DNA from: Octopus vulgaris
Lineage: Eukaryota
Length of the DNA stretch: 64,000 bases
NCBI GenBank assembly: GCA_951406725.2
Contig: OX597818.1
Coordinates: forward strand, 120,962,001-121,026,000
Reading direction: 5' to 3'
In this document: positions 24,094 through 37,792 of the stretch, piece by piece
Layout: every line of letters begins with the position of its first letter
Position numbering within the stretch: the stretch's first letter is position 1
Made by a program: the position numbers and the translations under genes
Notes under the pieces: generated by a model
What the model was told of the DNA's origin: nothing
The model's input: only the letters and a program-made list of their open reading frames with translations
The model's database searches: none

Positions 24094-24346
24094 GTACAAC
24101 AGAGTTAACAGCCTAAAGACATCACATCCAAACTTAAAAACATTACTTTCAGTCGGAGGCTGGAATATGGGATCTATGCCATTTGTCAATACTGTTGTCA
24201 CCGAAGGAACACGCAGGTCTTTCATTGGATCAGCCATAGATTTTCTACGCCGCAATGATTTTGATGGCTTAGATATTTGCTGGCAGTATCCTACATCAAG
24301 AGGAAGTGATGACGTCGATAAAGAAAGATTTTCAATGTTACTCAAG
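24094..24346 (+). CDS. GH18 chitinase-like protein, exon 3 (altered catalytic motif)
   Basis: YNRVNSLKTSHPNLKTLLSVGGWNMGS...FLRRNDFDGLDICWQYPTSRGS...LLK; phase 2 to 0. Confidence 0.95.
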
Positions 24347-25093
24347 GTAATGTAGGGCCGTTTGCAAACTTTTTACTTAAATTTTTCTGTTCTAAAATTC
24401 GGTGGTCGATGAAATGAGTACCCGTCAATGCATTCCTGAATATCTGTCTGTAACACGAAATCCCGTAATGCGAAATTAAGCTTCCTATTGATTTTCATGC
24501 TATCAAGTGAGATTGCATTCCTAAGGATTTATTCAAAAAAGAAGCCACAAGAAAGAAACAGACAAGCAACACGATCACCTTTATGCATGTAGATAATTTT
24601 TTTGTTGTACATAGTACAACAGAGAGATATGCTTTTCTATTCTAGGCACAAGGCTCGAAATTTTAGGGGAGGGGGCCAGTCGATTAGATCGACCCCAGTA
24701 CACAACTGGTACTTAGTTTATCGACCCCGAAAGGATGAAAGTCAAAGTCTACCTCGGCGGAATTTGAACTCAGAAACAACAGAGATATATTAAAAGAACA
24801 AATCTGTTTTATAAGAATCGTAATATCGCAAGAGTACGTTCTTACCACAAAACATTTTGACTGCTGTGAGAGAGGTGTTCGTGAAACGTGCGTTACTAGA
24901 TGAATGAGGAATGAGGAACAATATTTATTATCTTATAGTTCATCATCACCAACATCAGCTTCAGAAATGAAGAACTTATCAAAAGTAGTTTGTTGTTTAT
25001 GACGCATCATTTCTTTGCACAGTTCAGTATAGAAACTAAGCTCATTATAAATTCCTCTTTTGATTTTTTTGTTACATTATATATATACAATGT

Positions 25094-25150
<57 letters not shown>

Positions 25151-25381
25151 CATATGTTACATATGTTAATTATATGGTATGTGTATGTATAAGTAAATGT
25201 ATATGTATTTTTATATTAGTTCTTGGGAAGTGAATATTTTCATTATAAACGGACATGAATTTTAATTCATTTTACCACTAATTAATTTACTCTAGGTATA
25301 CAGGTTTTTTCTCCTTCTACTATGTTGCCTGTATTTGCTTGTATATGTATGAAGGCTTGTACTATCATTTGTATGTTTAGC

Positions 25382-25427
<46 letters not shown>

Positions 25428-25726
25428 AGGTTTTTTTGGTATGTGTATGTATAGGTAAATGTATATGTATTTTTATGATATTATTTCTTGGGAAGTAAAT
25501 ATTTTTATTATAAACGGAGATAAATTTTAATTAATTTTACCACTAATTAATTTACTCTGGGTATAGAGGGTTTTTTCTTTCTACTAAAGTTAATTTATGA
25601 TTTAATGTTTTCTTCGATTTTAAATAATATGATTTTATGTGTATGTATGTATGTATGCATGTATGTATGTATGTATGTATGTATGTGGTTTTGTGTATTC
25701 TCACTACATACTTATTTAATTTTTAG

Positions 25727-25851
25727 GAAATGCGGGCTGCTTTTGATGAAGAAGGCAAGCGAACAAACCGTGCTCCTTTGCTCATTGGCGTTGTTGTGGG
25801 CTCAGAAGATCGTTTAGTTGATAGAGCATATGATATTGACACCTTAAACAC
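25727..25851 (+). CDS. GH18 chitinase-like protein, exon 4
   Basis: EMRAAFDEEGKRTNRAPLLIGVVVGSEDRLVDRAYDIDTLN; tttttag / gtaagt; phase 0 to 2. Confidence 0.9.
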
Positions 25852-26348
25852 GTAAGTGCATTTCTTTCATTCCCCCTTTTCACATTAGATACGACTTAAT
25901 TATTCTTGTCTTATTATCAATGAAGTTACTGACGAGTTTCTGCTCAATAAGTAAACTTGCTTGAATTTACACACAGAAAATAAAGAGATTATCCTGACTT
26001 GTAGCATTGCTGGCTAGTCTTTCGTCAAGAGGAATTGAGATTCTTCCCCTCACGATAAGAAGTTATAGCTACTGCTATTTAAATCAAACACAAGCTGGAA
26101 GCTAGAAGGCTTTGGATTTCGTGCGTTTATCGCAGGTGTCATTAAAATATTTAGACATTGCGGTTATTTCTCTTTTTAAACAAAAGAATGGCGGGTATAT
26201 ATTCGCTATTAAATAAACAACCAACAGTGAAACATGTTAAGAACGTTTCGTTTATTTTTAATCTGTGCTAAAAGAAGAACCATTTGTATTATCATTTGAT
26301 TACTTTCCACAACGAGGGCATTATGAATTGTAGCCTAACTACACTAAA

Positions 26349-26419
<71 letters not shown>

Positions 26420-26551
26420 GTGTGTGTGTGTTTTGTTTGTGTTTGTAAGTGTTTCTGTATACCGTTAAGAGATAATGCCTCCTTTATATAGGAGTTTATA
26501 TCGCATATCGATAAATAATAATCGAAAGAATTCGTACAATTATATTAAAAT

Positions 26552-26784
26552 AAGGCGGCGAGCTGGCAGAACCGTTAGCGCGCCGGGCGAAATGCTTAGC
26601 TGTATTTCGTCTGTCGTTATGTTCTGAGTTCAAATTCTGCCGAGGTCGACTTTGCCTTTCATCCTTTCGGGGTCGATAAATAAAGTACCAGTTTCGCACT
26701 GACGTCTATGTAATCGACTTAATCCGTTTGTCTGTCCTTGTTTGTCCCCTCTATGTTTAGCCCCTTGTGGGCAGTAAAGAAATA
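26552..26784 (+). mobile_element. SINE family A with TSD
   Basis: TSD TATATTAAAATAAG at 26541-26554 and 26785-26798. Confidence 0.9.
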
Positions 26785-27444
26785 TATATTAAAATAAGCA
26801 CAAGGGTCTATATGATTGATTAAACCCATTGAAGGTGGTGCCCTAGAGTGGCTGCAGCCCAATGATTGAAACCAATAAGAGAATAACAAAATGTTGGTAG
26901 CACTCGTAGGAATTCAAGTTTATTTTGAAAACTTTGTGAGGAAAGAAAGTTTATACAGAACACAATGACATGAATTTTGTTTTAGCCGTTCGATACCAAA
27001 GATGGTATAAGTCCTAAGAAGGTAGTCCTGGGGGTGCATGCTTAGAGAAGAACATCTTTAAAAACTATATCCTTGTCGTCTCTTTTACCATATGAGTTAT
27101 TATCAATTGTATCTGTACTTCAAGAAGTAAACAGTGTTTACTAAAAAATCGAAGATGTTACATGTGCCATTATTTGGCTAAGAATGGTGGCAAGCTGGCA
27201 AATATTGTTATTACGCCAAACAAGATGATTAGCGGTATTTCCTCCCGGAAGTAAGACGGCGAGCTGGCAGAAACGTTAGCACGCCGGGCAAAATGCGTAG
27301 TCTGCCGCTACGTTTTGAGTTCAAATTCTGCCGAGGTCGACTTTGCCTTTCATCCTTTCGGGGTCGATTAAATAAGTACTAGTTACGCACTGGGGTCGAT
27401 GTAATCGACTTAATCCGTTTGTCTGTCCTTGTTTGTCCTCTCTG

Positions 27445-27610
27445 GGATATTTGTCCATCTTGTTTGTTGTTAACACAACGTTTCGGCTGATATACCCTCC
27501 AGCCTTCAAGATACCTGACGAAGGCTGGAGGGTATATCAGCCAAAGCGTGTTAACAACAAACAAGATGAGGACAAATATCCGACCAATGTAAATAATGTA
27601 AATAATGTAC
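27445..27610. mobile_element. Fold-back PLE-like mini-insert with a decayed hammerhead, inside SINE sequence
   Basis: ~62-bp inverted arms (27445-27581) containing CTGACGA-AGGCTG...CAGCC-GAAAC pieces; (AATGTAAAT)n tail. Confidence 0.55.
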
Positions 27611-27617
27611 AAGTATT

Positions 27618-29203
27618 TTCTTTTACTTGTTTCCGTCATTTGACTGCGGCCATGCTGGAGCACCACCTTTAGTCGAATCAAATCGACCCCAGGATTTATT
27701 CTTTGTAAGCCTAGTACTTATTCTATCGGTCTTTTTTGCCAAACCGCTAAGTTACGGGGATGTAAACACACCAGCATCGGTTGTCAAGCGATGTTGGCGT
27801 GACAAACACAGATACACAACATATACACACACAAACATATATATATATGCATATATACGACTTGCTTCTTTCAGTTTTCATCTACCAACTCCACTCACAA
27901 GGCTTTGGTCGGCCCGAGGCTATAGTAGAAGACACTTGCCCAAGGTGCCACGCAGGGTTTAGATGGCGGGGTTCTTCATTGAACATGCTCGGTGAAAAGA
28001 CAGTGAAAGGATCGATCACTTATCTGAAAACCTCATAATGGAAGTATATTATAACAAATATGTAAAGAAACCAGGAGTGGCTGTGTGGTAAGTAGCTTGC
28101 TTACCAACCACATGGTTCCAGGTTCAGTCCCACTGCGTGGCATCTTGGGCAAGCGTCTTCTGCTATAGCCCCGGGCCGACCAATGCCTTGTGAGTGGATT
28201 TGGTAGACGGAAACTGAAAGAAGCCTGTCGTATATATGTATATATATATATATGTGTGTATGTGTGTGTATATGTTTGTGCGTCTGTGTTTGTCCCCCTA
28301 GCATTGCTTGACAACCGATGCTGGTGTGTTTACGTCCCCGTCACTTAGCGGTTCGGCAAAAGAGACCGATAGAATAAGTACTGGGCTTACAAAGAATAAT
28401 TCCCGGGGTCGATTTGCTCGACTAAAGGCGGTGCTCCAGCATGGCCGCAGTCAAATGACTGAAACAAGTAAAAGATAAAGATAAGATAAACCCGGATCCA
28501 TGTGGTTGGTAAGCAAGCTACTTAGCTGTTGTGCCGATAATATATTGTTTCACAATTTATCGAGCCATTAATTTTGGTTGGATTCCTTTTCATAATTACG
28601 TTTGTACACTACTTAATATTTGGGGATTGTTTACTGATTTATAATATATTTATAAAGTTTCTGGTAGTTATATGCTCTGATTAAACATTTCAAAGCTATA
28701 CAGCAACTAATTTATTCTCATAAGCTAGAATAAAAGTTTACTTATATAGCTTCTGCCCATCCGCGCACGAGGTATGCACAGCTTGAACCACATATGTGGA
28801 AATATTCAGATGAAAAAAAAAAGAAATAATAGTAATGCTGATAGGTCGAGGGTTTAGATGGCGCGGTTCTTTATAGAAAATGCTTGGTGAAAAGACAGTG
28901 AAAGGATCACTTGTCTGAAAACCTCATAGTGGTATAGGCGCAGGAGTGGTAAGTAGCTTGCTTAGCAATCACATGCTTCTGGGTTCATTCCCACTGCGTG
29001 GCACATTGGGTAAGTGTTTTCTACTATAGCCTCGGGCCGACCAAAGCCTTGTGAGTGGATTTGGTAGATGGAAACTGAAAGAAGCCTGTCGTTTATGTAT
29101 ATATGTATATATGTGTGTGTGTGTTTGTGTGTCTGTGTTTGTCACCCCAACATCGCTTGACAACCGATGTTGATATGTTTACGTCCCCGTTACTTAGCGG
29201 TTC
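27618..29203. mobile_element. Cluster of SINE family B copies (27618-27956 -, 28071-28490 +, 28936-29203 +)
   Basis: Shared GGAGTGG(CTGTGTGG)TAAGTAGCTTG head, GTGAGTGGATTTGGTAGACGGAAAC body and CAGTCAAATGACTGAAAC tail. Further copies at 34305-34630, 46575-46947, 54932-55365 and 59225-59440. Confidence 0.85.
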
Positions 29204-29247
29204 GACATACATACATACATACATACATACGTACATACATAAATATA

Positions 29248-29320
<73 letters not shown>

Positions 29321-29475
29321 TTATTTTATTCCACACGGGTAGAAATATAGGCAAGATAGAAATTGAAAACATACTGAGAATAGTTAACATCTGGAGTATA
29401 GCCTTTTCAGAAAACGTAATAGACTGATTAACTAAAGAGACAAAAATTTGCTTCATTATGTTAATTACGTTTTGA

Positions 29476-29708
29476 AAGGCGGCGAGCTGGCAGAATCGTT
29501 AGCACGCTGGGAGAAATGCTTAGCAGTATTTCGTCTGCCGCTGCGTTCTAAGTTCAAATACCGCCGAGGTCGACTTTGCCTTTCATCCTTTCGGGGTCGA
29601 TAAATTAAGTACCAGTTTCGCACTGGGGTCGATCTAATCGACTTAATCCGTCTGTGTGTCCTTGTTTGTCCCCTCTGTGTGTAGCCCCTTGTGGGTAGTA
29701 AAGAAATA
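29476..29708 (+). mobile_element. SINE family A with TSD
   Basis: TSD GTTAATTACG(T/C)TTTGA at 29460-29475 and 29709-29724. Confidence 0.9.
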
Positions 29709-30946
29709 GTTAATTACGCTTTGACACAGATAAATTCATATATACTCTCACATGATACTTTTGGAACGCAACCGTGTGTCACTAAAATGTACTAGAGCAA
29801 AGCCTCTAAATTAATATAATAATCGAATTATGTAAAGAGGCAAAAATATACGTTTCTATATATTTTTTACATTTGTAAGCAGATATTGATGTTCATATGT
29901 GTCTCGATATGTGACCTTACAGTGCAGCTGTGTATTAACAAAATATGCCAACAAATAGTTATAGATGCATATTCCAAACTTTCAATATGGTTCTTTTTCT
30001 TATATTTTCGTTATTCTTAATGCTGTTGTTGTTTCGGTGAGAATCTTGTCATTTTGTATAGCTGTCACTAATTTTCCAACAAATTTTCGCTTTTTTATAG
30101 CACTAGGGTGTAATTTAAAGGAATTTGGCTGCTATTTATTCTACGTCAAGTGGCCACATACAGAGTATCTCGTTGGATAATCTGAAGATTGTCGCGGATA
30201 GTAACTGTAACGATTATGCTGATTGTAATAATGATTATGATGATGTAGAGCGGTGGTTTCACAGAATCGTTGGAGCAACAGAAAATGTCCATTGTACAAT
30301 AGACACAAAGACTAAAAATCGGAGTTAGGGGTCGAGTCGATTACAATACTCAACTGGTACTTATTTTATCGGCTGTGAAAGGATCAAAGATAAATTTGGC
30401 TTTAGTGAAATTTGGACTCAGATCGTAAAGCCAGAAGACATGCCGAAAAGCAGTTGAGCGATGTGGTAACGATTTTACCAGCTCATCCACATCGGATAAA
30501 ACACCTTACTGTATTTTTCCGGCTCTTTGAGTTCTGAGTTCAAATCACCGAGGTCTTCTTTGCCTTTCATCTTTTCGGGATTGGGCAAATGTAGTACTGT
30601 ATTAGTAAATCACTAGAGTCCATTATGTCCACTAATCCGTTCCTACCGAATTTCAGGTCTTATGCCTATTCTAGAATAAATTACGATTATGACAGTTATG
30701 ATGTGAACAATGACGATAGCGATGACAAAGATAGGTATAATTAAGATGATGACGAAGATGACAATATGGATGAAAGGAAGAATAACTATGACAAAGATGA
30801 TGATAGCGACAATATTCAAAATATCAGAAATATAAAAATCTGTTGTTCATGCAGGTCCAGTTTTTATTTTAGATTCATTTGTAGGTTTGATTAAATGCTG
30901 AAATATGTTTATTTTTCTTTATTAATTAAATTAATCATTCTGGCAG

Positions 30947-31073
30947 ATCAGTAGATGCGGTTTCCCTGTTAACCTATGATTTCTATACCCCTGGAACCTT
31001 TAAGCATGCTGCTCATACAAGTGCCCTCTATGCAGGAAAGAGTTCAGTGGGACCCGATATGATGAAAAATGTT
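30947..31073 (+). CDS. GH18 chitinase-like protein, exon 5
   Basis: SVDAVSLLTYDFYTPGTFKHAAHTSALYAG...KNV (MxYD-type motif); phase 2 to 0. Confidence 0.9.
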
Positions 31074-31436
31074 GTAAGTAATTTTGTGTTCACGTATTTC
31101 ATACACCATATATACTTAAATCTTGTTTCACTTTCATTTTCACTTGTTGCCGTCATCCTTTATGTAAAGCTCCACACAAATTGTAATCTGCCGTTGTAAT
31201 GAGCCCTCTCTAATACACCTGGGGCAAATAAAAGAAATTACTATTAAGATGGTGAGCTGGCAGGATCGTTGATGCGCCGGACAAAAGGCTTAGCAACTTT
31301 TCAATCTGAGTTCAAATGCTGCCGATATCGACATTGTTTTTCATCCTTTCGGGGTCGATGAAATAAGTAGCAGTTAAGCACTGGGTTGACGTAACTGACT
31401 TCTACGTTCTCTTACAATACGGTTGCCATAAATATA

Positions 31437-31499
<63 letters not shown>

Positions 31500-33002
31500 C
31501 ACACTAGATAAAACCGATGAAATAAAAGAATTAGACCAAAGCCAAACTTACAAATACTTAGGAATCCATGAACTAGATAAGACACAACACACACAAATGA
31601 AAGAGAAAATAAAAAAAGAATATTATAGACGAGTTAGATCAATACTAAAAACAGAGCTCAATGCTAAAAACAAGATAATAGGTATTAACACTTTAGCTGT
31701 CCCAGTTATAAGTTACAGCTACAATATCCTTAACTGGACACTAAATGAACTGACCAAAATAGATAGGAAAACAAGAAAAATAATGACAGGATCTAGGATG
31801 CATCACCCAAAATCTGACATAGAGAGACTATATATACAACGTATAGAAGGTGGTAGAGGCCTTATACAGCTGGAAAACTACTATAAAATAACCACCATAG
31901 GACTGCAAAAATATCTACTTCAGAAGGAAGGAAAACTGATACAAATAGCGGCAAAACACGAGCAAAACAAAAAACTGTTCTCAGTATTTAAGGAAGCTGA
32001 CAAATACAAACAAGAAATCATACCACCTAACAAATATAAAGAAGAAGAAGAAGAAGAAGAAGAAGAAGAAGAAGAAGAAGAAGAAGAAACAACAAAAGCT
32101 ATAAAACAAATGAAATCCAAACTAAAACTAGAACAGCAAAGAACCATGATAAAACGATGGCAAGAAAAGCCCCTTCATGGTAAACACTGGACTAAACTAA
32201 ATGCAAAAGAAATAGACAAAGAAAAATCCCAGCAATGGTTGAGAAGCTCAGGACTCAAAGCAGAGACAGAGGGATTTTTAATTGCAGCACAAGACCAAAG
32301 CCTCCCCACCAGAAATTACCAAAAACATGTAATGGAAAGAAATATAACAAATAACTGCAGAATATGTGGAGATGGACAAGAAACAATAAATCATATTATC
32401 TCTGGCTGCCCAGTCCTGGCTAAGAAGGAATATATTCACAGACATGACAGAGTTGGAACCTACATACACTGGAAGCTATGCTAACATTATGGAATAACAA
32501 CAGAAAAAAGATGGTATAGGCACACACCAGAAAAGGTCACAGAAAACGAGAAAGCAACCATACTCTGGGATATGCCGATACACACAGATAGAGAAATTAA
32601 GGCCAACAGACCAGATATAGTTGTCAGAGATCATGAAGAAAAAAAAATGCTTTCTAATTGATGTATCAATACCGGCAGATGACAACGTGTCTCTAAAAGA
32701 AATGGAGAAACTTTCAAAATACAAAGACCAGAATGTGGAATCTAAAAACAGAAACAATTCCTATCATAGTAGGTGCATTAGGCATGATAAAAAATATTCA
32801 GACAAATACATAACAAAAACACCAGGACTTACAAACACATATAGCATACAGAAAATTGCACTACTAGGCACTGCACACATCCTACGCAGAACACTTTCCA
32901 TACAATAACCATCAGAGCATCACAACAAATCACAGCACATACCCAAGGCACACAGAGCTGTGCTCGGTAGTGAAGTGAAAGCACGCTATAAAAAAATTAC
33001 CA
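31500..33002 (+). mobile_element. 5'-truncated R4/Dong-like non-LTR retrotransposon (restriction-like endonuclease) inserted in (TAA)n
   Basis: RT thumb, CRICGDGQETINHIISGC zinc motif, RHD, RPDIVV...IDVSIP nuclease motif; stop at 32482 and frameshifts; (AAT)n on both sides. Confidence 0.9.
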
Positions 33003-33038
<36 letters not shown>

Positions 33039-33039
<1 letters not shown>

Positions 33040-33504
33040 CCCTGATGCAGTACCAGACAGTGGCTCTCATGGCTTCTGATCTTAACTGGTTGGAAGTATT
33101 AGCATGTACATTGTTTTGTCTTAGTAGAAAAGATGGTCTACAGCAAATATCTGCTCAATACCACAGATTTGCTTGTCAATTGTTTGACCTTAACCAGTTG
33201 AGCATGTCCCTTAGTGGCTGACGATATGTGCATCTCTGATCACGAGCAAAAGTAGTAGGGGAGCATCATAGCCATGTGTTGAAAGGAATTCTTGGAGGTT
33301 TGGATAATTCACCTTTGGAAACATGGGTGGTTCGTTCAACATCCTCACACAATCCTTATTCAGGGACCTTTTGAGCGGGATGGGCTACTCGACCGAAGAA
33401 AATTCTAACTGTGTCCTACCTGCAAAGTCATACGCCGTTTATCTTGATATGAGATCACCATGTCGCGCACATACGGTTGTGATACATGTGCCTGATCTCT
33501 CACT
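33039..33504. repeat. Unclassified insertion bounded by (AAT)n
   Basis: Higher-GC block with AAT repeats on both sides; no recognisable ORF. Confidence 0.4.
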
Positions 33505-33881
33505 CAATAATAATAATCCTTTCTACCAAGGGCACGAAGCCTGAAATTTTTGGAGAGTGGACTAGTCAATTACTTCGACCACAGTGCCCGGCTGGTACTT
33601 ATTTTATCAATTCTGAAAGGATAAAAGTCAAAGTCGACCTCGTCGGAATTTGAACTCAGGACGTAAAGACGGACTAAATGCCGCCAAGCATTTTGCCTGG
33701 TGTGCTAACGATTCTGCCAGCTCACCACCTTAGATAATAATAATATCAATAATAATAATGCTTTCTACTATAAGCACAAGGCCTGAAATTTGGGGAGAGG
33801 GAATAGGCAATGTAACGGGCGAAATACCATTAAACATTTCATCCAACGTGTTTATGATTCAGCCAGCTCACCGCTTTAATG

Positions 33882-33949
<68 letters not shown>

Positions 33950-35195
33950 CATAATAATAATCATAATAATAATAATGAAAGGAAAGGCATGGGAGGGGCG
34001 ATGCATACTGTGTGTGCAGATAAATTTTTATCGCAAATTATAGCGTAGCTTACAATCGGTTGCTTAGCAATACTTTTTAATTGAACTGAATTGATATGTA
34101 TTTATACTCCGGTGAAATTAAGAAATCAACTCGTAAATAAACGAAACCCTTGAATCCATCAGTGTACACACACATACGGGTGCACGTGCACACACACACA
34201 CACACAGCCACATATGTATGTTTGTACGCACTCGTGTCTACGCGCATAGGCACACCGTGATCTATACACACGCAGACAAGGGTCGGTTCATATGAGAAAG
34301 AAAGCTATAGCCCCGGGCCGACCAATGCCTTGTGAGTGGATTTGGTAGACGGAAACTGAAAGAAGCCTGTCGTATATATGTATAAATATGTATATGTATG
34401 TGTGTGTGTGTGTTTGTGTGTCTGTGTTTGTCTCCCTAGCATTGCTTGACAACTGATGCTGGTGTGTTTACGTCCCCGTCACTTAGCGGTTCGGCAAAAG
34501 AGACCGATAGAATAAGTACTGGGCTTACAAAGAATAAGTCCCGGGGTCGATTTGCTCGACTAAAGGCGGTGCTCCAGCATGGCCGCAGTCAAATGACTGA
34601 AACAAGTAAAAGAGTAAAGAGTAAGAGTAAAATAATATAACCACTTGCTTTATCAGGAAATTTGTAAGTTTGAATTAAATTTTTTTTTATTTTAAATTTT
34701 AAGTATCATTAAAATTTAAGTATAAATATTTATACTCCGGTGAAATTAAGGAATTAAGTCGTAAATAAAAAAAACCTTGAATCCATCACTGTACATACAC
34801 ATACATACATACGCACAAAGTTGCATATGTACGTACGTATGTATGTATATATGTATATATACGCACATGTGTCAATGTGCACAGGTGCACCATAATCTAT
34901 ACAGACAGGGACAAGGGTCGATTCCTATGAAAAACAAAATGAACAAAATAATATGACCACTTGCTTATCGGGAAGTTCTACTTTTACAATTATTTTTTCA
35001 AGATAATCAAATCAAATGTTCATTTCGAACTAATCACCCAATGAGTATTTATTCCAAATGTGGTGAAAATCCGTTTTTGTGCACATTATAATCTCGAAGT
35101 AATGTAATAATAGATAATTTTCGTGTTTTTCATATGCTTAAAATATTAAAATAACTGATGATTGCATATCAATCAATTTTTAATTATAATCCTAG

Positions 35196-35381
35196 GAATG
35201 GACTGCTAACAATTGGGTCAATAAAGGTCTTTCAAAACACCTTATCAACATTGGAATAGCGTTCTATGCTCACTCCTACCTGCTTGAGGATGCTAGCAAT
35301 CAGAAGGAAGGATCACCAACATCCAAAGCTGGTACAGCTGGACAATATACAAGACTAGATGGCTTTCTAGCTTACTATGAG
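35196..35381 (+). CDS. GH18 chitinase-like protein, exon 6
   Basis: EWTANNWVNKGLSKHLINIGIAFYAHSYLL...AGTAGQYTRLDGFLAYYE; phase 0 to 0. Confidence 0.95.
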
Positions 35382-35578
35382 GTAAGTCTGCTGAGCGTTT
35401 CATATACTTTGACCATCTAGCTTTATCATAGATTTATATTTTTTTTACCATCGTAGTCAGAATTTGTTATTTTGGTCACCACAGTTATCAACAGTACCAT
35501 CACTAACACCACCATCATAATCATTGTCATCAACATTAAGGTCATGATCAGCAGCACCCCCTCACCATCACCACCTTC

Positions 35579-35625
<47 letters not shown>

Positions 35626-35770
35626 TTCTACTAAGGGCACATGATTTGAAATTTAGAGGTAAGAGACTAGTCGATTTCAACGATTCCAGTGTTTTTCCAG
35701 GCAAATTCGATCTCGGAATAACAACAACAACAACAAAAACAACAACAACAACAACAAAAACAACAACAAC

Positions 35771-35809
<39 letters not shown>

Positions 35810-36473
35810 GATGATAATAGTCAAGACGAAGAGCGCTATTCGATTGTAATAGATAGTTTATTGAGTGGACGATAATCCGACAGTAAGTCTGTTTTTGTCA
35901 AGTTCAAAATAAGAAGTGATAAAAATTCAAATTTATAGAAATTGAAACGTAAAATATGAACGAGTGCAACCAGTGTCCACACGTTGATGGAATTACATCA
36001 TCAGTCTTTAAGTTTCAATTTTATGACAGGCGAAAAGAAAAAGACAGAAAAATAGGAAAGAAAAAAGAAAAGGAAAAAGAATATTTAATCAAACAGTTTT
36101 GTATTAATTTGTATAAATTTCATAATTTTCTTATGTTTTCTTAAACATTCTCCAGAACAATACTATGTACAAAACCAAATATATGACACCCTAAGCATAA
36201 CACCAACATGAAATTCTAGCATGTTGTCTCTTGAGGTCTTTGGGTGAGATTTGGAGCCAACTTGTACAAATAAAGATGGCAGTGTGTTTTGTAGATCTTG
36301 CTAGTCTCTAGCAGGTAGAAAAATCACAGGGAAATTCTCTCTTAGAACGTAGTCAATTTTATTGAATTATAGTTTTGGGTTTTTTTTTTTTTCCTTTTGT
36401 CCACCAACGTGAGGTTTGCTCTTATTTGATTTCTCTCTTACATTTTAAACTTCAATTTAATAATTTTTCTCAG

Positions 36474-36590
36474 GTATGTCAGATTATGAGTAGATCAACG
36501 AAATACTACTTACAAGACAAAGGCGTTCCTTATCTAGTTGATGGATACCAGTGGGTCGGATATGAAGATGAACGTAGCGTTGCATTGAAG
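36474..36590 (+). CDS. GH18 chitinase-like protein, exon 7
   Basis: VCQIMSRSTKYYLQDKGVPYLVDGYQWVGYEDERSVALK; phase 0 to 0. Confidence 0.95.
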
Positions 36591-37036
36591 GTAAGAAATA
36601 TACTCAGAGTTTAACTAATTTGGATACAGTGTAAGACAGTGTTTCTCAACCACTCTTCACCTATGGAACCCCAAGAGCAATATGGTCCCCGGTTGAAAAC
36701 TTCTGGTATACGGCTACAACCATACACTTGCTATTTCATATATATATAATTATGTCTTATAAAATGTTTAAAGTAATCAGGTAAAATTCAGACACGTTCT
36801 ATAAGCAAAATATGTTACAAATATTCTACATAACTAAGGGAAATATTAATACAGAACGTTTCAGTCAACTTGAGTTAATATGTTGGCTCCAAAAGTTGCC
36901 TTATACATAAAAGCATGCATACATACATACGTGATTACAGGGATATATACATACATGCATAAATAGACGCATACACACATATACATATACAAATGATTAC
37001 ATTTCTTTGATGTGCACTGCTATATCTGTTTGTCTA

Positions 37037-37088
<52 letters not shown>

Positions 37089-37375
37089 TATACATACATA
37101 AATATATATATACATATATATACATACGTATATATATGCATACATATATATATATTCATACATATATAATATATATATATATTATCCGAAATGTACAGTG
37201 TTATATAGCCATCAAGGTTGATCATAGCAATCGGTTTCACGAAAGGAATACAATGGATTCTTGCGTGAAACCGAATGGCAAGATCAGTCATGATGAATAA
37301 ATAATACTGTACCTTTCAAAATTTATACTCTATTGTCAGATATACGAGTGCAACTTTTACCTGATTATGATCTTT

Positions 37376-37417
<42 letters not shown>

Positions 37418-37435
37418 ATCTACCTATCTATATGC

Positions 37436-37475
<40 letters not shown>

Positions 37476-37704
37476 ACCTATCTATCTATCTATCTATCTA
37501 TCTATATGTATATATATATATATATATATAAATAAATATATATATATATATATATACGGTTAAGTAATTGAGATTCTAGTGAATTCTAAAGAATTCACAT
37601 GAATATGGTCCTTAACTAGGATGCACCGGAAATCTATATGGTGTTAACCATACGACAAGTGGGGTGATTACAAATAGGAAAAAAGCAACAAGAATGGATT
37701 AAAA

Positions 37705-37792
37705 TCTCGGTACGATCGTTTCGTACGAGGACATCTTTAATAAGCTACAAAAAATGCAGTGAATACAGATGGCTCGTACTCGTCAGCCGAAA
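37705..37792 (-). ncRNA. Type I hammerhead ribozyme (fold-back family, intact stem I)
   Basis: TTTCGG-CTGACGA-GTACGAG...CTCGTAC-GAAAC-GATC-GTA-CCGAGA; palindromic stem III ACGATCGT. Confidence 0.85.

Noticed and set aside
24278-24286. A-to-I recoding restoring the catalytic residues
   Set aside because: Editing of CAG gives CGG (Arg), not Glu, and TGC has no editable A.
25175-25585. ~150-bp direct repeat (also the 34095/34725 duplication and 17-bp repeats at 56905-56965)
   Set aside because: Ordinary local duplications with no ribozyme or coding signal seen.
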